Assembly (NCBI GenBank): GCA_963796055.1
Contig: CAWCKH010000005.1
Location: forward strand, 160,001-224,000
DNA length: 64,000 nucleotides
Source: an uncultured delta proteobacterium
GTDB lineage: Bacteria; Myxococcota; Myxococcia; Myxococcales; Myxococcaceae
Direction of reading: 5' to 3'
The notes below the pieces were generated by a model that was given only the letters and a program-made list of their open reading frames with translations, had not been told where the DNA came from and searched no databases. Below, in pieces: positions 56,579-64,000 of this stretch. The position numbers and the translations under genes were made by a program. How positions within the stretch are numbered: the stretch's first letter is position 1; every line of letters starts with the position of its first letter.

Positions 56579-57190
56579 TCAGCCGACCTCCGCCTCCACG
56601 GAGGGCTCCGCCATCTCCTCCAGCGCGAGCCGCATCCCGGCGAGGATGTGTCCGTGGATCTCGTGCGTCAGCCGCCGCTCGAGCGGACGGAAGATCACCC
56701 GGGGACGGAGGTGACCGCGGTACCTGGTGGTGAGCGCCACCTCGGAGCCGGCCGGGATCGCCCGGATCTCGTAGACCCCATCGCTGAGCGACAGACAGCG
56801 CTCGAGCCCGAGCCGCTGCTCGAGCACCTCGAACCGAAGCAGGCTCGGGGGCTCGGTCGAGGTGGTGCGCTTGAGCACGTACCCACCCTCGTACACGCAG
56901 CGGACGGTGCCTCCGACCCGCAGCTTGTCGCCCTCGGAGCGCACCGGCGCCGGCAGACCGATCCGGAGCAACGCTCCCGGGCGCGACGGGACCTCCTCGT
57001 AGAACTTCAGCGAGCTCCAGACGCGCTCGGGTGGCGCTGGCAGCTGCACTCGCGTGGTGATCTCCTCCACCGCGGCGCTCGGTGCGAAGAGCCCGCCGTA
57101 CCAGTCGAGGAGCGTGCGAACGACTCCGGAGAAGGGCGGCGCGTCCGCGGCCCGCGTGGCGAGATCGGCACGTTGCATGGGGGGCCCCAT
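56579..57190 (-). CDS. SRPBCC/START-like protein (start uncertain)
   Basis: TT.V...APPERVW..L, G.P.PVR, EPP..LRF.V and T.Y...LRP......LE....H.IH..IL pattern. Confidence 0.6.
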   Translation of the reverse strand: MGPPMQRADLATRAADAPPFSGVVRTLLDWYGGLFAPSAAVEEITTRVQLPAPPERVWSSLKFYEEVPSRPGALLRIGLPAPVRSEGDKLRVGGTVRCVYEGGYVLKRTTSTEPPSLLRFEVLEQRLGLERCLSLSDGVYEIRAIPAGSEVALTTRYRGHLRPRVIFRPLERRLTHEIHGHILAGMRLALEEMAEPSVEAEVG

Positions 57191-57282
57191 CGTGCACGCA
57201 CTGCGCCAAACCTGGAAGCGCGCAATGGCAGGAGCCCGCGACGCAACCCATGCGGGACCGAACCCGGGGCTTCCTGCCAGGT

Positions 57283-57478
57283 CATTGGCGAGCAGCGCGT
57301 GGACGAGTTCGGTACTGCCCTGGGTGACGAGGTTCGGGCCGTCTTCCTGCTTCAGGCGCTTCACGTCGGCGATGTCGCGCAGGAGCACTGAGCCCGCCCA
57401 GCTCGTATCGACCTCGCCTGAGCGCGAAACCGCGTACTTCTTGATGTCCTTGAACAGCTTGGCGATGCCGCCATGGGT
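57283..57478 (-). pseudogene. Dihydrofolate reductase (RibD-C family) internal fragment
   Basis: IAKLF..IKKYAVS...TSW.GS....D...V.RLK.EDG..L..QGS.ELV..LL..DL, lacking both termini. Confidence 0.65.
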
Positions 57479-57913
57479 CGAGATTTGTAGAAGAACCGCA
57501 GCGTTCTCCCCGATTGGCTCGGGTTGGTCCCTCCCGCTGAGGCGTACGCGAGGTGCTCGCGGTAACCCCTTACGCATGCTAGGGAATCTGTTGTCTGGCT
57601 CCGTAGCTCATCTGGATACCACGACGCAGATCCACGCGCGTCCAACGAAGTCCAGGGGAGTCCAGAGCAGAGTGCTTCCGGCGAGATCGCGCCGCGGGAT
57701 GGCTCACCGACCCCTCCGCAGAGTCCCTCGAAGTCCATCGAAGACCGCTCCAATCGACCCAAATCGAGCACAGACCTCGTCCCGGTGCCGCTCCTGGAGG
57801 ACCCGGGGATCGCGATCTTGCTCACCCCCGAGGAGCTGGAGCTGGTTCTGCGGCACCGCCGGGAGAAGAAGACCGCGCCGACCTAGAAGGAGCGGGACCG
57901 CTAGGCCTCCGCT

Positions 57914-59372
57914 CTGATGATCCTACACATGTCAGGGGGCTGTGATCGCGTCGAGGGATGCCGCCGAGCCAGCATGCCGCAGCCCTTCCTACGCTGTCGT
58001 CCGAGCTCGGCGATGCCGACTTGGGCGATGCCCGCCTGACTCGACGACTCGGAAGGCTCGCCGACAGAATCGCTGACCAGCCCGGGGAGAGTTTCCCCAA
58101 CGTTTTCGATGATGCCGACCTCGAGGCGGCGTATCGCTTCTTTGGCAACGAAGGGGTCGGCCCCGACGCGATCCTCGCCCCGCACTTCCGGCAGTCGGCC
58201 CGGAGGGCAGCGGGGCTACCGCGAATCATCGTCGCCCATGACACCACGGCGTTCGAGTTCGGCGGCCAAACGAAGCGTGCGGGTCTTGGCCATCTGATAC
58301 GCCCGTCGGCACAGGGCTTCTTCGGGCACTTCTCTCTCGGCATGAGTGCTGATGGGGAGCGCACCCCACTGGGGCTGTTGGCGATGGAGACGGTATTCCG
58401 TCTCCAGGAGTCCATCGGCCACAAGGAATGGTCGCGCGAGCAGAGCCTCGGTGAGTCGGCCCGTTGGCTTCGTTCCGTGGAAGCGGTGGAAGCTCAACTG
58501 GAAGGCCGCGTTGAAGCCATTCACGTCATGGATCGTGAAGGCGATCAATACGAACTCCTGGCGGCACTCGCCGAGGCAGTTCGGCCATTCGTCATTCGGT
58601 CGTTCCAGGACCGCCGTCTTGTGGGAGAGGACGAGGCTCGTCTTCGAGCCGCTGCCTGCACTGCCAAGGTGACGCTCCAACGGGATGTTCCTCTATCCCC
58701 ACGGCCCCACCTCAAAGGCCCGAAGGGCGAGCGCCATCCGGCGCGACGCCATCGCATCGCGAGGCTGAGTTTCGCTGCCTCCACAGTGGAGTTAGTGCGA
58801 CCGTCGGACGCAGGGAAGGTGCACGCTCCGACCCTGAGATTGAACGTGATCCACGTTTTCGAGCGCAGACCACCAAAGGGTGAGCCTCCGGTCGAGTGGT
58901 ATCTGCTTACCAACCTTCCAACCGACTGCGACGACGCGATCGCTTTTGCTGTCGACTGCTACCGAGCGCGCTGGGTGGTCGAAGAGTTCTTCAAGGCTCT
59001 GAAAACGGGTTGCCAGTTCGAGCGGCGCCAGCTCGAGAGCGCTCCCGCCCTCCTGAATGTGCTCGCAGTACTGGCACCGGTCGCCTGGCGGCTTCTCCTC
59101 CTCCGGCACCTTGCCCGCTCGAAAAGGACAGCTCCGGCCTCGAGTGCGTTGACGCCGAAGCAACTGGAAGTGCTTCGTGCTGTCGCCAAGAAACCGCTCC
59201 GCGCACGACCAACTGCTCGTGACGCCATGCTCGCTGTCGCCTCCCTCGGCGGCCATCTCGCCAGCAACGGCGACCCCGGTTGGCTCGTCCTTGGCCGCGG
59301 CATGCACGATCTGTTGCTTCTAGAGCTCGGTTGGCGCGCGCGGGAACAGGCCGAGATGTGATCAATCATGAG
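57914..59372 (+). mobile_element. IS4-family (IS50/Tn5-like) insertion sequence, 1459 bp, with 11-bp target duplication
   Basis: Ends CTGATGATCCTACACATGT and (rc) CTCATGATTGATCACATCT. AGGCCTCCGCT occurs at 57903-57913 and 59373-59383. Confidence 0.93.
57958..59361 (+). CDS. tnp: IS4-family (Tn5-type) DDE transposase
   Basis: LGDARL..RL, AYRFF.N, HDTT, ES.RW, VMDREGD, WYLLTN, Y..RW.VEEFFK.LKTG and LGG.L....D..PGW. Confidence 0.95.
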   Translation: MPPSQHAAALPTLSSELGDADLGDARLTRRLGRLADRIADQPGESFPNVFDDADLEAAYRFFGNEGVGPDAILAPHFRQSARRAAGLPRIIVAHDTTAFEFGGQTKRAGLGHLIRPSAQGFFGHFSLGMSADGERTPLGLLAMETVFRLQESIGHKEWSREQSLGESARWLRSVEAVEAQLEGRVEAIHVMDREGDQYELLAALAEAVRPFVIRSFQDRRLVGEDEARLRAAACTAKVTLQRDVPLSPRPHLKGPKGERHPARRHRIARLSFAASTVELVRPSDAGKVHAPTLRLNVIHVFERRPPKGEPPVEWYLLTNLPTDCDDAIAFAVDCYRARWVVEEFFKALKTGCQFERRQLESAPALLNVLAVLAPVAWRLLLLRHLARSKRTAPASSALTPKQLEVLRAVAKKPLRARPTARDAMLAVASLGGHLASNGDPGWLVLGRGMHDLLLLELGWRAREQAEM

Positions 59373-59569
59373 AGGCCTCCGCTAAGACCTCCGCTAGGCC
59401 CGGCAACGACGGCACCCAGCTCAGCCGGTCGAGGATAGCGTTCGCGGTGCGGAAGGACTTGGATGGCGCGCTCGAAGGTTCCGTCCGTGCCGCACTGCAG
59501 GAACCAGCCGAAGATGTTCCCTCGATGGGGTCTGCGTCGGGCGCGAGATAAGGCGCATTCTCGGTGGCG

Positions 59570-59645
59570 TCCCGGATCTGCGCCGCGAGGGATCGACGAG
59601 CTCCTGCCGGACCACTGGAACCCACCCACCCCGAACACGTCCTGA
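59570..59645 (+). pseudogene. Possible IS66 transposase C-terminal remnant
   Basis: RGIDELLPDHW resembles the IS66 TnpC end (I.ELLPW.W). Confidence 0.35.
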
Positions 59646-59707
59646 GCGATCAGCACACCCGGTGATCCAGGGTCGATCTGTCACCACTGCGAGATTCGGG
59701 ATTTCGT

Positions 59708-59755
59708 TGGGCGACCAACCGGGATTGAACTGGTAACCCCCGGAGCCACAGTCCG
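59708..59755 (-). repeat. 3' fragment of tRNA-His(GTG), att-like copy 1
   Basis: rc CGGACTGTGGCTCCGG..GTTCAATCCCGGTTGGTCGCCCA covers the anticodon arm to the 3' end; the 5' half is absent. Confidence 0.8.
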
Positions 59756-59924
59756 AAAAGAACCACCCACTGACCTGAAGCGTCCGTCAAGACTCTTGAC
59801 AAGTCTAAGCGATTCCTGGCTTCGACCTGACCACCACCCGGACGAACGCGGATTGCGTCGTCAGGGATTGAGGGAGCGCCAACTCCCTCAATCTTCCCTC
59901 AATCACCTCCCGCGGGGCTGCTTA

Positions 59925-60103
59925 CCGATTCGCGCGGCGCTCGAGCACCGTCACCGTCCGCTCTCCAACCACCCAGGCCCCTCCCTCTCGCCCCGGCCAC
60001 CTCCCCGCCCCAGCTCGGCTTCTGGTGAGTGCCGTCCGAGGTTCGAGACTCACCCCCCTGACGCCAGGCTCGGGACTGCTCTACACTCGGCTGCGGTGAG
60101 CAC
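59925..60103 (+). repeat. IS91-like transposase 3' end/terminal remnant (copy 1)
   Basis: Homologous to 63700-63883 (ccccagctcgg..tctggtgagtgccgtccgaggttcgagac ... tgctctac.ctc.gc.gcggtgagcac). Confidence 0.6.
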
Positions 60104-60252
60104 CTCCGCCGAGGCCTCTGGGCACCGTCGCTCCGCCCCTCGCCGGCCGAAGCCACACGCTCCCGACCCAGGCCTCGGTTCGCAAACCCGGGTTGTACTT
60201 CCTTGGATCCGACCCCATCCGGCTCACAGGAATCGGGGCTTCAGGCCGCCCG

Positions 60253-62301
60253 TCACTTGGTCCGGGTAAAGGTGTAGTTCGACTCGATGTAGAAGTCGCC
60301 GAAGTGGTCATAATCGCGATACTTCCCAGCGATAGACCTTCGGTCTGAGCTGACCGCGCTGGCCTCATCGGGCGCCAATAAGAGCCAAGGGGTGTTCGCC
60401 CGTTTGGTGAACATCGACGTGTCTCCGGAACAGTCTGCGGTGACCTCAAACTCGGGCCCATACGTATAGATCGACCCATAGTACTGGACTGGGTTGACCG
60501 TGGTGTTGAAGACCAGCTCGGAGTCGCGCGAGATCTCCTGGGTCACCTCGAAGGTGATGGACGTGGCCGTGAAGGTACAGAACACCCCCGGGGAAGGCGT
60601 ATCGTCGTATTTCACGCTGCCGCCGGTGACGACGTACCTGGGGTGTGGCTCCGACACCGCCTGGCCCGGCGCGAACTTGAGGGTCAAGTGGGTGGTGGAG
60701 GACCACTCTGTTTTAGGAATGTTTTTGGTAAACCCGGCCGTGGCTACCGCGTCGAGCTGCCACTCGAAGCCCATGATGGGTTCCGAACCGGTGAGCGTTG
60801 CGCCCGACTCGTGTTTGCTCTCACCCCCGTCGTGCAGGTTTACCCAGGCGCGGAACTGTACCGGGGCTGCCTGCTTGAGGTCGTAGGACAGCGGCAGAAT
60901 GCCGCTCAGGGTCCATTGGTCCTCGTCGTTGCGCTGGCCGCTGGCGAGGGCCACCGGCACGGTCTCTTTACCGTCGATTGAGACATGAACCATCATATCG
61001 GCGGCCAGCTCCTGCTTGACCCCATCGATTCGGACCAAGAATGGTGCGGCATCGGGCGTCCCGTCGTTTTCGGTACCCTGGATCTCCACCAAGTCTGATG
61101 GCGTGAGGATCTGACCGGTAGCGGGGTTTAGCAGGTAGACCACTTCGCGAATCCTGAGGTCACCCCCTTCGGTACGGCCGGCCAGGAGCAAGGTGGGAGC
61201 GCTCCGACCGGGTGCCGCCGTACCAACCTTGAGTGTCCCAAGCTGGTCGTAGGCAACCTGGGCAGGATACCCACGCTCCGCCAGAGCATCGTACAGCGCA
61301 ACGGCGGCAGCGGCAGCATCATCCGAATCGACCGTCTCGGTCCAACCAAACACCACGCTCGTACTTCCTTTGATGGCATCGACCAGGTCGGTGGCCTGAG
61401 GTCCGAAGGATTGGCAGGCGTTGAGGAAGACCAACGTGTTCTTCAGCCCGGCCGGGTAGTGAGCCCGAAAGAAGTCCGCGTCGAGCGTCAGATACTCGGT
61501 CTTTGGCCCCTTGGCGTAAGTCACACCCTCGAGGGTCAGCGCACGCAGCTTCTCGGCTTTGGTTCCGGGACCGGCGGGAAGATGGTTGTTGAGCACGCCT
61601 CCTATCAGCATCGCCTTGCACTGCCCCTCGTGGCAGATACGTGTTCCGTGACTGGAGACGTGGACGACCTGGTAATCGTTCCAATGCATGAAGCTCTCCG
61701 GACCGACGTTCTTCGAGCTCTGCTGCGCATTTTCTTGATACGTGACCCCGCTCTCGTATCCGCGGGTCCCCGAGAGGATCGCGGCCACGGCCGAGGATTC
61801 ATCGGAGTCGGGCCAATTCCAGTGGAAGGGCGAGAGGACCAGAGCCTTCTTCTTGGCTGCCTCGGGGCCCGCGGCGACCCACGAGGCGGTCCGCGGGATA
61901 CGAGCTGGGGAAGGGACAGGGGGCACGCCCGAGAAGGACTCAGGGCTGAAGGCCCCTTTCCCCAGGATCCAAATCCCGGTCCCTCCTTTGGGTCGGAACC
62001 AGATGCCGGTCTCATCCCACCTCACTTCCGCCACGTCGGACTGGCCAGCGAGGAACCCCGCGACGTCGCTGGTCGGGGCGCCACCCTCCAACCGTGCCAG
62101 CGCTTCATCGCCGAGTGCATCCCCGCGCTCCAGGACCGCGATGGGAACTTCCGAGAGGGAGCAGGGATAACCGCGAACCTGGCACTCCAGAGGACCGGTC
62201 CGCCCCGGGGCCGGCCCCGATGGCGAAGCAGAGCCGCACGAGGCGGTCGTGACAGCAATTCCTGTAGCGAGGAGGAGCGAAGATACTTGCAGCGACTGCA
62301 T
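60253..62301 (-). CDS. Large lipoprotein with a caspase/CHAT/gingipain-like (clan CD) His-Cys dyad
   Basis: Lipobox TASC, VVHVSSHG and LVFLNACQS motifs; lower GC than the core genes. Confidence 0.7.
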   Translation of the reverse strand: MQSLQVSSLLLATGIAVTTASCGSASPSGPAPGRTGPLECQVRGYPCSLSEVPIAVLERGDALGDEALARLEGGAPTSDVAGFLAGQSDVAEVRWDETGIWFRPKGGTGIWILGKGAFSPESFSGVPPVPSPARIPRTASWVAAGPEAAKKKALVLSPFHWNWPDSDESSAVAAILSGTRGYESGVTYQENAQQSSKNVGPESFMHWNDYQVVHVSSHGTRICHEGQCKAMLIGGVLNNHLPAGPGTKAEKLRALTLEGVTYAKGPKTEYLTLDADFFRAHYPAGLKNTLVFLNACQSFGPQATDLVDAIKGSTSVVFGWTETVDSDDAAAAAVALYDALAERGYPAQVAYDQLGTLKVGTAAPGRSAPTLLLAGRTEGGDLRIREVVYLLNPATGQILTPSDLVEIQGTENDGTPDAAPFLVRIDGVKQELAADMMVHVSIDGKETVPVALASGQRNDEDQWTLSGILPLSYDLKQAAPVQFRAWVNLHDGGESKHESGATLTGSEPIMGFEWQLDAVATAGFTKNIPKTEWSSTTHLTLKFAPGQAVSEPHPRYVVTGGSVKYDDTPSPGVFCTFTATSITFEVTQEISRDSELVFNTTVNPVQYYGSIYTYGPEFEVTADCSGDTSMFTKRANTPWLLLAPDEASAVSSDRRSIAGKYRDYDHFGDFYIESNYTFTRTK

Positions 62302-62460
62302 GGAGAACCCCCCGACAGCACCAAGGTAGCGTTAGGTGACGCGACCGTCCAGACACTGCTGTCCGCCCACTGGTGGGCGGTCGGCGACACACCGGGAGGG
62401 AAGCAGGCGAGTGGTGGGGTGCCAGGAACTGGTGGATTACACTCCAGGACGGGGGACAGT

Positions 62461-63205
62461 TGTACAGACTGCTACGCCGAGGTGCTGGTCCCCATCTCCT
62501 GCAAGTCACGCGGGGTGTGCCCCTCCTGCAACGCCTGCCGAGAGCACGACACGGCCATCCACCTCGTTGAGCGGGTGCTTCCCCGGACTCCGGACCGCCC
62601 GTGGACGCTCCCACTCCCCATACCCGTGCGCTTCGCTCTGGCCAGGAATGCCCGACTCCTCTCGCTAGTGCTGGGACTCTTCGTCCGTGCGCTCTTTGCC
62701 GTCCAGCGCCGGACGGCTAGGCGGCTCGGGGTGTCCCGGCCGCTGACCGGCGCCGTGGCCCTCGTCCAGCGCTTCGGTTCGGCGCTGCAGCTGACGCCCC
62801 ACTTCCACGTCCTCGTCCCCGAGGCCGGCTTCGAGGAGATGGACGAGGGGAGCTGCGGCTGGACCTCTACCGCGGCCCACCGACGCCGAGGTGGAGACGC
62901 GTCGCCGTCCCCGTCGCCCGGCGCGCCCTCGCGCTGTTCCGTGGCGCGCGGGGTGCTCGAGGAGGAAGCCATGCCGGACGGAGCGCTCGATGTCCTGCAG
63001 CTCGAGAGCCTCCAGGTGCTGGCCGCTTCCGCCCGCCGTGCGTCCGATCCGCCGGACTGCCTTCGTCGACGGCTTCTCGCTCCACGCCGACACCTGGCTT
63101 CACGAGAATGACGTCGTTGGCCTCGAGCGCCTGTGCAACTACGGCGCCCGAGGGCCACTGTCGCTCGAGCGACTCTCCGCCTTGCCTGACGGACGGCTCG
63201 CTTGC
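62461..63205 (+). pseudogene. IS91-family transposase pseudogene
   Basis: Zn finger C..C..SCKSRGVCPSC, QRFGSALQLTPHFH (HUH) and GFSLHA..LERLCNYGAR.PLSLERL, split by frameshifts. Confidence 0.85.
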
Positions 63206-63476
63206 CGCGGCGACAGCTTGAATGGACCCGCGGAAATTTGGATCTCTCCTCGTAGCCCTCACCATTCCCTCATTCGTCGCCAATGCATCGGAACTACTCA
63301 GGTGATATTGGCGAACCCCCGGATGCTCGGTCCGGCGCTAGCCGCCGGTTTTCGCAACGATTCAGGCGTCTTCGAACGTAGCTCCGTAGCGCTGCCGACT
63401 CGCGCATCCTGACGATTTCCCGCAGCACACGTGGGATGTGTCGGACGAGCTACCGGCGAAAAGGCGTGTAATTTCC

Positions 63477-63524
63477 TGGGCGACCAACCGGGATTGAACC
63501 GGTAACCCCCGGAGCCACAGTCTG
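63477..63524 (-). repeat. 3' fragment of tRNA-His(GTG), att-like copy 2
   Basis: Near-identical to 59708-59755; no 5' half follows. Confidence 0.8.
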
Positions 63525-63699
63525 GGCAGGCGGGTTGAGCAAGAACGGTACCAGCGCCGTACTACTTAAGAATGTTCGATAGACGCACCGACCCTCGGCG
63601 ATCATCGAAGTTCCATTCTTCGGATTGGGGGCATCTGAGCCCCCAGCGGTGCCCCCACGGGGCTTGATCAGAAGGGTGGAGTGGCTGGGCTCGGTTGCC

Positions 63700-63883
63700 G
63701 TTGTCCTCCGTTCCGCCACTGCCCGGGCCATCCTGGAGCATCTGCGGCTCCCCTCCAGGCCCCTCCTCTCGCGCCGGCCCCCCCCGCCCCAGCTCGGCCT
63801 CTGGTGAGTGCCGTCCGAGGTTCGAGACGTGCCCACCCCGACGACGGGCCACGCAGTGCTCTACCCTCAGCAGCGGTGAGCAC
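63700..63883 (+). repeat. IS91-like transposase 3' end/terminal remnant (copy 2)
   Basis: Encodes ATARAILEHLRLPSRP..PPPQLGLW*, typical of IS91-like C-termini; repeats 59925-60103. Confidence 0.6.
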
Positions 63884-64000
63884 TCCTTCCGACTGCCTCC
63901 TGCCTTCGTCGTCTCAGCGCCAGGTCATGGCGCGGGAGGCAGCAACTCACGGACGGTTGCCACACCCTGAACCGCTCCGCTGCGTCGGCCTCCGGTAAGA

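Noticed and set aside
57597..57618. Complete tRNA gene
   Set aside because: Only an acceptor/D-arm-like 5' string; no anticodon or T arm follows
59708..63524. Functional tRNA-His genes or a CRISPR-like array
   Set aside because: Only 3' halves, two copies 3.8 kb apart; no regularly spaced repeat-spacer array or cas genes anywhere in the window

Overview
High-GC window, most likely from a Myxococcota (Anaeromyxobacter/Myxococcales-like) genome. This is inferred from the AfGcHK/NmpRSTU-like globin-kinase cluster, the abundant sigma-54 systems and the Ser/Thr kinase. Four blocks are visible. (1) 1-5.2 kb: Ser/Thr kinase (partial), GNAT, NTF2-like protein, HAF-repeat lipoprotein, AraC regulator and a PlsC-like acyltransferase. 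(2) 5.3-30 kb: a carboxylate uptake/sensing island. It carries cbrXAB-like genes, an intact but apparently catalytically dead acetyl-CoA-synthetase homolog at the position crcZ holds in Pseudomonas, and a DUF4212 + SLC5 (ActP-like) symporter. It also has a second SLC5-fused kinase with a receiver and a HAMP/PAS/pseudo-kinase-DEDDh exonuclease fusion, two tandem CBS-DUF294 nucleotidyltransferases, an antiporter, an MHS transporter, a secreted esterase, a porin and tRNA-Lys. Four promoters in this block share one architecture that I read directly from the DNA: GTTAC-N5-GTAAC plus a second site 20-22 bp away, about 80-95 bp upstream of a sigma-54 -24/-12 element. (3) 30-56 kb: mixed housekeeping genes, then an O2-sensing globin-coupled phosphorelay (NmpRSTU-like). 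Its apparent sigma-54 targets carry GCGCA-N5-TGCGC-like sites and include hsp20, a STAS-like gene, a DksA-like gene, USP and a Tat-exported molybdopterin enzyme with NapG/NapH-like partners. (4) 56.5-64 kb: a decayed island region with an intact IS50-like IS4 element (11-bp TSD), two tRNA-His 3' fragments (att-like), IS91 remnants and a lipoprotein with a caspase/CHAT-like His-Cys dyad. No CRISPR array or rRNA was seen. All family calls come from motif recognition without database searches.
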